Assembly (NCBI RefSeq): GCF_009834535.1
Contig: NC_045697.1
Location: 77,936,001 to 78,000,000 of the forward strand
Reading direction: 5' to 3'
From: Camelus ferus
Taxonomy: Eukaryota
DNA: 64,000 nucleotides
The number at the start of each line of letters is the position of its first letter. The stretch's first letter is position 1. The translations under genes were made by a program, and so were the position numbers. The notes below the pieces were generated by a model. It had not been told where the DNA came from and ran no database searches. It was given only the letters and a program-made list of their open reading frames with translations. Shown in pieces: positions 13,201-28,149 of the stretch.

Positions 13201-14639
13201 AAATATTCTATATATCAATAAGAATAATATATTTTGATACTGGCATATGATTTATAGAGATGATTGAGAAAATAGAAATCCATTTATTCTACATTCTAAA
13301 TTTTATTTTCTTTTAAAATTATATGAAGTTAGCTTCCATTATAGGAAATAAGTACATAGCAGTAAAACATTATGCTCCATATTCAGAGACATTCAACATT
13401 TTAGTTAGTTTAGACTATAATGTCCTTAAAACTAAATCTTCAAACATAGTTTAACAGTGCCTTTAGAATTAAAAAGCCCTCAGCCTTTCAAAGATGGAAA
13501 CTAAATACATTAATTTTTCAGTATTTTAAATATTTAACATTGTCACACATAAATAGCCATCCAATATGAAAAGTGGAAACTCCTGTAATTATCAGAAATA
13601 TACTTTCTAACACATTTTCCAGATTCTAAACCCAAACCAATTCAGTTTTTAAAGAAACAATTTAATTGCAATATATGTAGAAAATGAGTGTGCTCCATTC
13701 TCCTTAACGATAATTAAGATTACCTCATTTACTACACAAGAAAAGCAAATTTATACCTATTTGGAAAGCCTTGGCCCTTTGCTTTTTGTGTATTTGCAGT
13801 TCATAAATGTTAATCCCAGTGGATCCCAGGGACTGGTAAGGCTCATAGGCTAGAAACATTTTGTAAGAAGTGAAAAAAGCAGACATTCCCCCTCAGTTAT
13901 AAAGCAAAGAACTTAAGAACTTTGAACTCCAATCTAAAAATCTTGGCATATTAACTAAGATTTTGAAAGGCAAGTATCCATGTTCAAATGTTGATATATT
14001 TATGAGCACTTTGCCTTATATATTTTTCTACTTAATCTATACTGGTAATATAAAATAAAAATAACGATGATGGAAAAATAACTTGGGAGGCTTAGCCTTG
14101 AGGATCAATGATAAGAAAAGATCTTGAACATGAGATTTTCCTAAACAGCAAGCTAAGAATGGGCTTTTACCGGACCCTGAGCCTGTGTAACATCAAAAAA
14201 AATGTTTACTTCATACTTAAGGTTGGTATCTTAATATGAATTATTCAGTGAACATATGATCCCTGTCTTAATAAATTTGAGAAATGAAACTATATTTTAA
14301 AGTATTCCACAATTATCAGAATCTTCATCTTCAAAGCACAATAGATAACAAGCCAATGTTTGCATAACATTCATATATGTTTTATGTAAATATTAATCGT
14401 AATTTATAGATGGTAAAACTGAGAAAAGATTCTTTAATAACTTCAGAGGCAATTGGAAACTAGTATAGTTTCTTCTCACACTTCTGTTTAAAGAAATATT
14501 ATTACATTGGACAAAATTATCTAATAAATAAAAGTATTACAGGCATGTTGTTTTCATAATTGTAAATATTTTCCTAGCAGTAATTCCTGAGATATTTTTT
14601 AAGAATGAGGACATCAACTCATCTTCTTTGTATATTTAT

Positions 14640-14835
14640 GTTTTGTTTTATTGAAGTATAGTTGATTTACAATATTATATTGGTTTCAGTTATACAACAC
14701 AGTGATTCAATATTTTTATAGATGTTGTAAAGTTTATAAATTTAAGCTTTATAAAATATTAGCTATACTCCCTGTGCTGTACAACATATCCTTGTAGCTT
14801 ATTTACTTTATACATAGCAGTTTGTACCTCCTGTG
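14640..14835 (-). mobile_element. L1 3'-end fragment
   Basis: ttattgaagtatagttgatttacaatatt...gctatactccctgtgctgtacaa is a typical laurasiatherian L1 3' end in antisense. Confidence 0.75.
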
Positions 14836-15335
14836 TAGTTTTTCTTTTTCTTTTTTTAGAGAATTGGAAGCATCAAAAAAATGCTTCTCTGTGTTGAAGT
14901 CTATTGTTCTATGACTTTTAGCCTTTCATTCTTTTTCTCCCCTTGGAAGGAACACAGAACATGCAGGATATGTCTATTACATATTTCTCGTGCTAATGCC
15001 CTAAATACATGTACAGATGTCACATCACCCCTACGTCTACTCAGTGTATTACCAGGTGTTCTCATGCACAAATCACCAGCTGTTCTCAGGTACTCTCCAT
15101 GTTGTATTTTGTTAAGTCTTTACTATCCTGATAGTCTTTTAGTGCTCTCAGTGTGTTTTCAATGCCTTTCAAAGTATGTTACTCAAACTGTGTACAGTAT
15201 CTTAAATTGATATATCTAGAAACAAACTATTACCGTAGTTGATGTGGAACTTTGTTCCACTGATACAGTCGAAAAGCACATAATATTTTTAAGCAGGCAT
15301 TTCATTCTATTGCCTCATAATGAGATTGTAGTCCA

Positions 15336-17842
15336 TTGTTTTAGTTATCTGTTGCTGCATAAAAATTACCCCAAAATTTAGTGGCTGAAAACAACAATAT
15401 TTATTATTTTTCAAAATTTCTGTGGCTTGGGAATTTGAGAGCAGCCTAGCTGGGTAGTCCCGGTTTAGTGTCTCTCAGGAGGTTACAGTTAAAATCTCAG
15501 CTAGATCTACAGTCCTCTGAAAGCTTGACTGGGGCTGGAGGATCTGCTTCTACTTTGGTCCATTTTTATGGCAGTCAAGTTCATGCTGGCTCAGTTCCTT
15601 ACCATATGGACCTGTCCTTAGGGCTGCTGGAGTGTCCTCATGAAATGACATGATACTTCACTTCCCCCAGAGTGAGTGATCCAAGAGAGAGCAAGGCAGA
15701 AGCCACAATCTTTTACGTCCTAGTTTTGGAATCCATATATTGTCATTTCCATAATATACTGTTGGCTGCACTAGTCAGCCCTATCCAGTGTGGGAGGGAA
15801 GGGTCCACACAGGGGCGTAAGTCCCAGGAAGCAAGAATAATTTGGGGGCATGTTGGAGGTTGGCCCTGGAGTCCATCCTCTACCCACCCCCACCATTGAC
15901 TAGTCTCCCTCCCACAGGTAAATTATACTAATACCTGCCTCAAGGCCACCAAAAATCTTATCCCATTACAGCACCATCTCAAAGTCTAGAATCTTGTCAT
16001 CTCAACCAGACCTAGATGTGGATGAAGCTTTCTGGGAGTGGTTCCTTGAGCACAGCTCCTTGAGAATAGTTCTTTAATCTGAAGACCTGTGAAGACCTTA
16101 TCTCTTTAGAGATAAGATATCTGTTCACTGCCAACCCAGCCTACCCCCCACCCCCCACCCCCACACACACTCAACAGACAATGGTGGAGCAGGAATTGGA
16201 TGACCACTATGGATGTTCCTCTTCAAAGGGCAGAAAACAAGAGGAATACTGGAATCACTGGTCCATAGTAATTCTGTAGTCCAGGTAGGCACATACTGGA
16301 AGTTCTTTCACTGGAACTTATTCCTGCTGCGTCTTGGGGATGGCTTTCCATGACTCTTCACTGTGACCTCTAAGCTCCTGGTCTGCATTGTGAGTCAATT
16401 TATTTTTCCATGAAGGTAGTCTAGGTTTAAAGCTGTGTAGTTTTCTCAGTCTGGTTCCTGCCTATAGAAGTCTTTAGGTCCAAAGGCCTCTTTTCCTTTT
16501 GTTCTATATCTGTTCCTTTCAGTCCAAGCTGCTGATGTTTCTAACAATAAAATAATCTTTAAAATTTTGTGGGTCTCCTGTGAATCTTACTAAGGTTTAC
16601 TCCATTATACAAAAGCCACACCTACAAATCTGTTTGAGATAATTCCTTATTTATGTAGGATTTCTGCTAAGATGACTGAAGGACAGTACACTTAAGCTTC
16701 CTAGAAGCCCTAATGTCGACTGAATAGCTCTCTTGAGTTGTAACCTTAGCAAATCTTAACAAAGGACTGTACAGTCATAGTGTCAGCTTCATTTTTATAC
16801 TATGTTTGTCTCACAGTACCTGGATTTAATCTTTGCTCAGAAGCCATTTCTTTGTTTTTGCATTGTATCCCATCTCGAGAGGCTGGCAGTTTTCAAGACT
16901 AACAAGTCTTGGCTTTTTTTGGTTTAACAATCCTTCCTTTAGCTTATCTTACCTCTTTCTCATTTGACCATAAGCAGAAAGAAGAAAGCAAGCAGCAACG
17001 TTAACACTCTAACTGAAAATCTCTTAACTAGATCATTCATGTTATTAGATACATTTTTCAGGTCCCACATCACTGCAGGTGACAGTGTTGCTCAACCTTC
17101 TGCCAACATCATAAAACTGTTCTCCTTTTCTCGGTTTCCAGTAACGTTTTCCTCACCAGCAGCCTCTTCAGAGACTATGAGGCTTATAATTAGTCTGTTC
17201 AAGACATTTTCAACTTCCACTAATACTGTCTTCAACATTCTTTTAGTTTCTGCCACTGCCTAATTCCAATGCCTTACCCACATTTTTAGGATTTGTTATG
17301 GCAGCAGCCCACTTCCAAATATATTATCTACTAATGTGTCAATAAAATTACTGCAAAATTTAGTGCCTCAAAACATCAATAAACATTTAGTATCTCAGTT
17401 TCTCAGAGTCAGGAATTTGGGGGCAGCTTAACTGAGTGGTCCTAGTTCAAGGTCTTTCATGAGGTTGGATTCAGGAGAGTGGCTGAGGTTGTAGCCATCT
17501 GAAAGTTTAACTGAAGCTGTAGGTTCTGCTTCAGAGATGTTCTTTCACATGGCTGGAAAGTTCCTACTGGCTGTTGGCAGGCAGCCTCAGTTCCTTACCA
17601 CATGGATTTACTTCATAGGGCAGCCTGAGTGTCCTCATGGCAGCTACTTCTCCCCCAGAGAAAGTGATCCAAAAGAAGTACAGCAGAAGCTGCCATATCT
17701 TTTATGCCCCAGCCTTGGAAGCACACATCATTATTTCCACAAAGCCTATTAGTGACATAGATCAAACTTATTCATCGTGAAAGGGGGCTACAAGATGTGA
17801 ATTATAGGAACCTGGAATAAATCGTGAAGGCTGGCTACTACA
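15336..17842 (-). mobile_element. MaLR element with two LTRs (~15336-15865 and ~17320-17842) around a ~1.4-kb internal region (MLT1F-H-like)
   Basis: Two same-orientation diverged LTRs share motifs caaaatttagtg, ggaatttg..gcagc, gagtgtcctcatg, gtgatccaa. The second LTR ends ggctggctactaca. Confidence 0.75.
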
Positions 17843-19949
17843 TCCACTAAAATCCCTGATAATTTAATTTTAATCTATTAAGCCAACTTCATCACTTTTG
17901 GTATTTACTGATTTTTTTAAACATAAAAATTACCCATATTGAACATTAAATTCCAATTGTAGTTTCAATTCTTTATTTCAACCTATTCAGATGTTTTTGA
18001 ATTTTAACTCTCATATCAACAATACTCCCCAGCTTTGAATTGTTGATAAGTATGCTATGCTATGGAATTTTAAAAATGCAATGTGTTGATAAAAATCTTG
18101 CTATACACTTGTGTCTCTAGGTCTATTTATACATTTAAAGTTGATAAAGTAAGTACATATATCCTCACCTGCACCATTACAGAAATAGCACATACATTAA
18201 GTTAATTTTCTGTCCAACATAAATAAGAGTCCAGTTCTCCCACGCACCATGATGATATAGTGCACTGAACAATGGGCAGCTCCAACTTTACCAGGAACTC
18301 TAGTGCATTTTGAAAGACGGATGAATTAGACAGACAAAACCCTCACAAATGAGTACAAAAGGTTATAATGCTTTGAATTTTCTAATCTGGAAACATGTAA
18401 CTTATTTGCTAGGGCTGTACACAAAATATCAGCCAGTAACCAAATTATGAGATAAGATAAATTCATTATCTTTGCTCACCGAACCACATAAGAATAGAAA
18501 CAGGTTTTTTGTTTTTGTTTTTGTTTTTGTTTTTTTTGTCATTGCTGTTGTTTTCTCCCATTGGACTTAGCAAGATGCCCTATGCCTGGTTGATCCTTCA
18601 AAAATATTTTTAATGGGTGAATTGTTTACTAAATTATTGAGAGATCATGAATTTCCCCCCCCCCCCAAGTTTCTTGGTACCCAGCTCCTCTTGCCTGTAC
18701 CAATACCCCACCAAAGCCTGCCCCCAGCATTCCAAGACGGGAATCTTTTTCAATCTCTATGAAAGTTTGACTTTTTTTTTCTTAAAGAAGTTGGGCAATC
18801 TAATGATACTTAGGAACCTTTTGTTGTTGATGCCTGAATCCATCTTAAGACATCTTATGGTGCGGATTTTCTGATACGGCTAACAAATAAAAGTTTTGAC
18901 AAACTTTGGGCTGCCTTACAAATCATAACAGGTTGCCATCAACTTGCCCTCTCAGTAAAATCAGTCTTGGTTGAACGCATCAATGGGGGAATTTTGTATC
19001 TGGAAAATCTGGCCTTGCCGATGTTGCAATTCCAAAACTGTATTTCTCACTGTCTTTCTTGCCGTGATTCCTTTTCTTGTTCACCCAATTTAAGAAATTA
19101 CTCTTCAAAATGAATAGCATTTCCATATTTCTGCTAATGGCCGCATCATTCAGTCAGAATAACGGAAGTTTATTATTCAAAAACTTGAAGTTTGTATGAA
19201 TTTGCCCTTTCCCTAAACTCATCCAGTGTAGTTTTTTTTTTTCCCAACTTTCTCAGCTCTATTTCCTCTTTTCTCTCTATCATGCACCAATTTAAAACTT
19301 TTAGTTTAATTCTTGTGGCAATTTGGTTACACATCCTCACCACATTAAGTCACTAAAGCACAGCATCTATCCATTTACTATGCTACTCAAAAACCTCACT
19401 TCCATCTGCTCAGGGCCTACACAATGAACTCCAAACTTTTTAGTCTAGCTTTCAATGACTGCCACATTCTAGCCACAGTTCCGTTTGCCAGCCTTATCTT
19501 TCACCACTTCCCCAGACTGGATTTTTCTTGGTTCACCAAACTCACACAGCTACTATTAAGTCTTTGTTGTGCTTTTTGCTCTGCCTGAAATGCTCTCCCT
19601 TCACTTCTCTTAAAACCCTGCCCATCTTTCAAAGTCAAAATCAAAAGGAATCTCAAACGTGATGTCTTAATCCTCCTAACCAGAAGTATGCTCACTCTTT
19701 TCTGAAAGTCCCAGGTACTTTATAAGACTCCTAAGGTGCTGACTGACTTCTAACTTAGGTTCCAGTTATATGCTTACATGACTTATCTCTTCTTATATAT
19801 TTTAAGCTTTCTACTGACATAGTATCATTCTGTATGTAGTAGTTAGCACATCTGTGTTACTTAGAGGTGGTTGTTTCTGAGTTGAAACCATCACAGAATG
19901 AGTTGGGTAGTATTATATATTGGTTTGGGTTAATGAGTAGAAACACAGT

Positions 19950-20170
19950 ATATTGTGGTTAAGAGAAAAATCTTTGGAGGGCAAACAATCCCAGATTTAA
20001 ATTCAGTTTTACTGGTTCCTAGTTAGGTGATCTTAGGCAAATTAATTAATCTCTTAGCAACACAGTTTCCTCATCTGTAAAATGGGAATAGCAGTACCTA
20101 TTTCATAGATTTGTTTTCATAATTAACTGAGGTGTTGAGAATAGAACACTTATCTTAATAAATATTAGCT
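19950..20170 (+). mobile_element. MIR SINE
   Basis: Core motif gtgatcttaggcaa...gtttcctcatctgtaaaatgggaata. Confidence 0.8.
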
Positions 20171-22429
20171 TCCTATCCTTTATTTTTTCTAGCACAGAGT
20201 CTTACAACAGTGTTCAATTACTTTTTATTAAATAAAAGAATTATTTCAAAAACAAAAACATATGAATTATATTTTAAATATACGTGTATATTTAACAATT
20301 AAGAAAAAAATGAGGAGTATAGAATACAGGATAAAAAATGGAAAAGAGAAGTAAGGAATTAAGATAGGACATTATTTTTTAAAAAGCGAGCAAGAAGAAA
20401 TTTAATTTCTGACACAGACTTATAGTCTTAACTCTACAGAATATGCTGGGAATTCCTTACAACTTTCCAATGGGAAAAATCTAATTACCCATTTTTAATT
20501 ATAACAGTTCACATCTTAAATTACATATAAAAATGTTTAAACAGTGTAGCTTATGGGAGGCCCAGCCAGGCTCCAGAATCTCAGCCACTGGGGAATTTCT
20601 GTGCCGGACCACCCACTGCGAAAGTGAAAAGTTGGTACCTTTGCCAGTATGGAAATTTCTTCAGAAAAGAACTTTAAGCTGTCATAACCATTTTCCCCCA
20701 AGAAGACTGAGAGGGAGAAAAACACATGAGAAATTACTGGACAAACACTACTTGTCCAAGTTTCAAAGTAATAATCAAAGTTGGAATTAATGCCTTTAAC
20801 ACGACAGTTCTCCTAAACCTGAGTCTGTTTATATAGATTTGGTCTGACTTGTTTCAGTCCGCTCCTTTGGAGGACACAAACTTACATAAATAAAGCTAGA
20901 ATTTCAAGGCAAGTCACGCTATTTAGTTATAGTTTAATTTGGATTTTTTGTTCACTTTTTACAGTCTTTTTCAAAATGTCTTTAGAAACAAGTCATTCAA
21001 ATAGTAATACTGAAATAGCATTTGCATTTGACATCTTGCCTCAAGTTTCTTGGGGTAACCTTTTATTATGAAAGTAAAAGAGACACCCAAACCGGTGGTT
21101 AAACAGAGAAAGTATAGAAAGGTACACACGATGAGTCTTTGCTCATAACTTTCCCATTTCATAAAGACTAATATTTAACATCTTTTATATGCAAAGTATT
21201 GTCTCATCTATAATTAGGAACAGTCTGAAAAAAAATCAAGTTTCTTAGGCTAATGCAGAACAGATGTTTGTGAAAGTGCCTGAAATATAATAGACCTTCA
21301 GTAAATATTATTGTATTGGCAAAAAAGCTGGACAGGTGTGTGTGTGTGTTTTTATGTGCACAACTCTCCTTCTTCCCCATGTCAGGATTTCCCAGGGAGT
21401 GTTAGCAGAGGGCCTCTAGAAGATGAGATTTTTCTGCTCACACTGGAGCCCCTGAAGATACCCAAAGTTTCTCTCAAATCATGGCTCCAAAGACACTTTC
21501 TTCTGCTCTCTCCAGGGAAGAAGACTATTTATTGGGGACCCTCTATTGAAGAAGAACTCTTTGGGTTGCAAGTAACAAAAACTCAATTTGAACTACTGTG
21601 GGCAAAACAGGAAATATACTGACCTGATAAGCAATGTCTCAGGAAGGGCATGGATTTAGCTGGACCTCCAGGATCACAGGAACAGGGACACAGCTAGACT
21701 GTCCCCAGCCAGCTCTCATTTGTGCTTCTCTGAGTCAGCTTTCTGTCTTGCTAGGCACTGCAACCCTTCTGCCCTGCAGAACCTGCCTTTTGACACAGCA
21801 TCTCTTCATCATGAAAAGGACTATTTCTCTTCTCTAAATCCAATTTGAAAATTCCCAGAGAGGGACCACAGGGCCAGCCTCGGTCATATGCCTCCTCTTG
21901 TGAACAGAGTGACCAGTTCTGTCATTGGCAGCCTCCACTGGAACAGCACAGCTTGAGTAAAGGGAAAAGCAGCTCCTCCAAAGGTGGACCGTTCTACCCA
22001 TGGATGAGAGTATGAGGCTGGACAGATAAAACAAGTATTCTTAAAATTATACTTAAAAAATATCAGAATTATATTTACTAAATATGGAATTAAAATCTTT
22101 TTCCGTTGCTTATTATTTTCTGTAAATGTATTCTTCTGCCTCTTAGTGTTTTTCTTATGTTTCTTCTGTCTCAAATTTTTTCTTACACAGCATCATTAAG
22201 TCCTACCCTTTCTCTCTTTCATATCTGTGCTTAACATTCACTTCTTTGGACTGCTGATAAAATGTGGAGAATTGAATAGATTTATCTTTGTTTTCCTCCA
22301 AGTGCAATTAAAATGGCAGCAAAAAAGAAGGAAAAAAAAAAAAAAGAAAAAACCCCTAAGTGAAGATGAGAAAAGACTACAACAGGTGAAAAGTGACAAA
22401 AACTTTTGGAAGATAGGAAATGATATATA

Positions 22430-22660
22430 GTGTCTTAGTTATCTATGGCAATGTAACAAATAACTCCAAAACTTAACATCTTATAACAATAAATATTCAT
22501 CTCACACAGTTTTATGGGTCAGAAATCTGGAATCAGCTTAGGTTGCAGTCAAGCTGTCAGCCAGGGCTTGCACACATTTGAAGAACTGGAGGATCTCCTT
22601 CCAAGGTCACACACGGTTGTTGGCAGGGGACTTCAGTTTCTCACCATGAAGCTTCTCGTG
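22430..22660 (-). mobile_element. MLT1-type LTR fragment (followed by an old L1 fragment to ~22930)
   Basis: tgtcttagttatctatggcaatgtaacaaataactccaaaactt resembles the LTR ends at 15336 and 17320. Confidence 0.6.
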
Positions 22661-23443
22661 AAATACTAACTACAGTGGGGAAAAATGTAACAATATGATA
22701 GAGAAGCTAACAGACACCACCTTAATCAGGTGATCAATGTAACACCACCAAACATCGTCTAAACGGGCACTATGTGCCTAAGAACACAGCATCACTTCTG
22801 TAATATTCCTGAATATCATAGAAGATAAATGTAATCTGAGTCTAATAACGTGAAAATATCACACACATGCAAAGCAAATGGAGACATTCTTCAAAATAGC
22901 TGGCCTATACGCTTCAAGAGTGTTAAATTCACGGGGAAGTGCGTTATGTGCTTTGCTATGGCTATGGGAGCACACAGGAGGGAAACCTTGACCTAAGCCA
23001 AGGCCAAAATATCAGGGAGGCCTTTTGCAGAGTAGGAATGTCTAAGCTGAGATCGCAAGTCAGCCTCAAAAGTGGACAACAGGGGTGAAGAGAGGCAAGA
23101 AGAATGAAGAATGAAGCAGGTTTTAGTGTACAAGACCAAGGAAAATGCACTTGCTCATATGCCAGCTGATGTCTGTGTGTGTGTTTGTGTATCCTTTCTT
23201 TAATATTAGCAAGAGTTTTCTCCTTTTCCTAACATATCCAAAATGTCACATTTCAAAATATCTTAGGAGGTCATACCTATTGCTTTAGTCTAAGAAATAT
23301 TCCTTGAAACACATGCGAAAAGAGTAGAACAAATTTACTTTTGATTGGCTAAGTCACTACACTATTCATCTCATAAACTAATGAGGTAATATTATTTTCA
23401 TATATTTCCTTAATACGTATGCCTTTTATAAATGGTATTTTCT

Positions 23444-24160
23444 TTTTAAAAAATTTTTAATTTTATACAATTTTTAAAGATTACTTTCCATTTATACTTG
23501 TTACAAAATATCAGCTATATTCTGTGTTGTACAATACATCCATGAGCCTGTCTTACATCCAGTAGTTTGTACCTTCAACTTCCTCACACCTATATTCCCG
23601 CTCCCCCTACCCACTTGTAACCACTAGTTTGTTCTCTATATCTGTGAATCAGCTTCTTTTTTTTTTTATTATATTCACTAGTTTGTTATATTTTTTAGAT
23701 TCCATACATAAGTGATTTCATAGATTGTTTATCTTTCTCTATCCTACTGATTTCACTTAGCATCACAAGTCCATCCATGTTGTTGCAAATGACAAAATTT
23801 TATTCTTTTTCTATGGCTGAGTAGTATTCCATTGGTTATATCTACCATGTCTTCTTTATCCATTAGTCTGCTTATGGACGCTTAGGTTGCTTCTATATCC
23901 TGGAAATTGTAAATAATGCTGCTATGAACACTGGGGTGCATGTATCTTTTCAAATTAGTAGATTCTTTTTTTTCAGATATATACCCAAGAGTGGAATTGT
24001 TGGGTCATATGGTAATTCTAGTTTTAGTTTTTGAGAAACCTCCATACTGTTTTCCAGTGTCTGCACCAATGTACCTTCCCACTAACAGTGTACAAGGGTT
24101 CCCCTTTCTTCACACCCTTGCCAACATTTGTTATTTGTACACTTTTTGGTAATAGTCATG
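23444..24160 (-). mobile_element. 5'-truncated L1 3' end with probable target-site duplication
   Basis: Antisense L1 3' motifs (tatggctgagtagtattccatt, aataatgctgctatgaaca). Flanked by aatggtattttct (23431-23443) and aatgacattttct (24161-24173), a 13-bp direct repeat with 2 mismatches. Confidence 0.88.
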
Positions 24161-27100
24161 AATGACATTTTCTAATCACATCAACAGAAAGTAATGCAGA
24201 AGACTAAATTCTTTCACAGTGGCAGTTTGCTTAGTGGTTGGGAGTACAAGCCTCTTGTCAGATTGTGCCTGATTTGAGTCCTATCCTAGGTTCATTTCTG
24301 CTACTCTAACCAGGTAGCCTGAGGCAAGATACTTCTGAGCATCAGTATATGTAGAGTGCTGTGAAAATAATATTGGCCTCCTATTTTGAGTGTGTAGATA
24401 ATTTTTTAAAATGATGATTGTAGTGCCTGAGCCGATCAAAAATATCTATCTACTCCATCACATTTTGTAAGTTCCCAATCATCATTCCCCTTGATTTTTC
24501 AAATTTCCAGTCATCTAACCCTCCCTAGAGTGCCTTCTAAGAAACAACGAAGCCAGGACTAGTGATTCTTCAGTAGAAACTGGGGTCTTTGAAAGCCCTA
24601 TAGGCACTGCAAAACCCACCTCACTGTTAACACCCTACCATTCCAATCCCTACATTTACGTATTTGTTCATATATGTTTGTTTGTTTGCTCCTTTATTTA
24701 GCGTGATAAGACAAAATATTTTCTCTAGTATAAGAATTACTAAATGCTTCATAGTTGTCTCATCAAAAGTTGTCTCATCATAGTTGTCTCATCACTACCC
24801 ATTGATGTAGTGATGTGTGTTTATTTTTATGGTAGTAGCTGGAAAGTGGGAGTGAATGAGGTAAGTGATCTAAGGAATATTTGCCACCAATAAATTAATT
24901 AAAAATATTTGAAGCTATCTGGGCAAAAATCAGCAGAAAAAAGTTACTGTGGTTTGTTTAGCTTATGATTTTAATCAACATCTGATTGGACGAATACTTT
25001 TGTGTTGTTTTAGGGTTGACTAACATTTTTATTTAACGTCTCAAGTTTCCTTATTTCTAACTACAAAAGTGAAAAGACAACTTTGTCCAAGTATATTTTG
25101 ATGCACTGCGTTTTACTGTATATTGTGAATAGTAAAGTTTTTAAAAGTGTAAAATAACTATGAGAATTGGGGATCATAATCTCAACTAGTAAAATAATCT
25201 TAGGTTGTGACATTGTAAACTGGAAAATTCTGTCATCTATGTGTCTCCTCACCCCCCTTCACACACTACACACCACACACATGCACATCTCCTCCCTGTC
25301 TCCCTCACCACACACGTTTCCCACGTTATAGATATATTTTTAAATGTTTATTTTAATAAAGATATATCAGGAAACATTAAAATGTGTCCAATGTCTTATG
25401 AACATTAATGAAAATGATGAACAATATGAATTATTATCCTAAAAATTCTCACATAAAGATGAAGTGGTGGTAAAAAAGTTTAAGTTGAAATTTTTTCTAT
25501 AGAATTCTTTCAAATATCTGATTTATTGAGAAAATATTAGAAATTAATTAGAATTAATCTGAAGTTTAATTCATGCCAATTAAATAGATTTTAATGTCTT
25601 TGATCTTTGATTTTTGTGAACAAAGTTTTAATTATACTGTTTGATCAGTTGGCATTTATTGAACATCTACTGTTTGCCAACTGTTATGCCAGGCTCCCAT
25701 AAAAAACCTAAAAGAAAATGATCCCCCAAATGTTAATTCATTAAAATGCTCCACATAGTAAACGACAAAGGAGTAGTATGGACAAGGGATAATTTTCAGG
25801 TATGGGAAAAATGAGTGCCCAGAACTGAAATTTTAAAAATTAAAAAGGGAGAGAGATGTGAGATTTAGACTTACATCTGGGACAGATGTTGGAAGAAATT
25901 AGAAAAAAAAGAAATCAAAGGAGGATAGAAATGTGGCAGCTCTTCTGTGGAGGAAGAAGTCTTTCTACCAAGTCCTAATCTGAAAGTTACAGAATGACAA
26001 TAAAGGTGTTTTCCAACCATAAAAAGAAGAAAAACCTCTATAAAATACTGCTTGAGCTAATAACAATAGGACATAACACAAGAAAGAGAAATACTTTTAT
26101 ATGGAAAGATGCAGAAAGGAACTTATATTAGCACATAAACTCTACACAGGACGGTATCTGTCTTCTCCAGGAACACATAATTTTGACAATGTATGCAAAT
26201 ATACAGGTGGTGATTTCAGGCAGAGAAGGAGCTTCCACACTAAGAATAGTAAACTAAGCTGAGATTTACCACTTTGGTAGTCATAATGCTAAGGGTAATG
26301 TTGCCTGGAATGAAAGGAGTGTGCTCACTGACCCTTCCAGGATACCCAACATGCAGTGGGGCTTTATTAAAGAACGTGCAAAGTACAGTCCCTCTGTTGC
26401 TATGAAAATACAGATTCCCATATTGCATGCTTTACTTACTGGCCCTGACACCTTTATTATTTATACAAGCACTCCATATTTATGAATACAAATGGTTTAC
26501 AGGTAAATTCTGGATTGGATAAAACAACGTTTCATATCTGGAAGAGTAAACACTGCAAACAATCTGAAGTCTTAACTCAAAAGAGGGGACAAGCCAAGGA
26601 TAATCCAGGAGCATTTAGAATTCTGGGGAGAGTCTCCTGAGATGGGAGAAGGGCAAAAAGGAGGAGGACACGAAGAAGGTAGTAAATAAAGGGAAGGCAA
26701 AGAAAAGGGATGTGGAGAGATGTGTAAATTTCTCCCACCCATGAAGCTGTATTGATAGCTCTTCCTAATCCCCTGTTCTCTGACAAGGCATTTCATGTGA
26801 ATGCAGGGTCTGGCAGAGACTTAACAGTTGCTGGGCTTCTCCAGCCACTGTGGCCTCATCCTCTCTCCACTTCTACCCACCCAGATTCCTTTCTTGTCAA
26901 ACTTGTTTCCAATCACCCAAGCCCTCTAGTCTAGGACCTTTTGGTCAAACTGTCTGTTACTCAGGACACAAATAGATTGAGGGTGTCAGATAACATGGTA
27001 ATTTGGTGGGGGAGAAGACAGTTTGAGCACTGCAATACCCTTTATAATACCCCCTTTTCCAACCACACACACCTTTAAAAGTAAATGTCCTTTATCTACC

Positions 27101-28149
27101 TATGTTTTTCTATGTCTCTAAGTCACTGGAGGGCAACTGAGTATGATTCATACCTCTTTTTATTTATTTGCTTTGATGTGTTCATTCTCTCTGAGGAGCT
27201 AACTGATAGAACATTTGAGTCAATTCTCTTTTTCTTGGGGAAGAGGGGTAACACAAAGCTGAGTGATGACAAACTTGGGCTCTGTTGCTCTAAGAGAACC
27301 ACATAGAATATTGAATGCACTAAAGTTAGAGCATTGACACTACATGAAGTGATGACATCCTTTAACTACATCTTAAGCTCAAAGCCATTTCTTCTGGAAC
27401 TGTTTAATGTCCAACTAATATACATGCATAGTACTCACCACATGCTTGATGCCTTGCTGATTGTCTGAAAACCGTGTTCCCCAATATCTCAGTTGCCTCT
27501 CTCCCCCATCCCCTGAAACTCTCAGGATCACTATACAGGCTGTGAATAGCAGGTGACCTTGAAGAAGCTAAGACATGAGCATAAGAGTAGTGGAATGAGG
27601 CAGAGTTCACCCCAGACATACACACCACCATGGCTACTTGATCGCACACCTAAATACAAAGATTCGGGTGAATGCTCTCAGTAAAAATGGTGCTGCTTCA
27701 ATGAACAGGTCAGAAGGAGGGTCCAAGGGGAGGGGGTTACCTGCTCAAAAAATATTTGCTGAGAAGTTACTATAGGTTAGGCACTCTGTTTTGAGTAAAG
27801 CAGCTATTTTGCATAGAAATACACCAGTCTTCTTAAGAGGTACAAGAATTTTTCTTCGCGTTGGTTGGCAATTCCTGAAAGCTCTTGTAACATCACATCT
27901 TTCTCTTGTTTGCACCTACTTTCTCTCTTTTCTTGAATGAGGGAGAAGGAAAGAGACGGGATACAGGAAGGAAATGACCTTCCTTTTCAGGGATTTGCTA
28001 ATGTTTCCAGGTGAGGGCACAAGAATTCAGGAGGTTCACTGCTTCTCCAGCTGTTATCTTTTCATATGTTCTGTACATTTGACTGGGCACATAAGTCAGT
28101 GCTGAAGTACCACTGTAACGTTCTAATATTCATGTTTAAAGAAACAAAT

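Noticed and set aside
18780..19210. AT-rich segment with mildly elevated CpG, possible pseudogene or transposase relic
   Set aside because: The frames I translated by hand contain stops and match no family I recognise. A tBLASTx or Dfam search would be needed.
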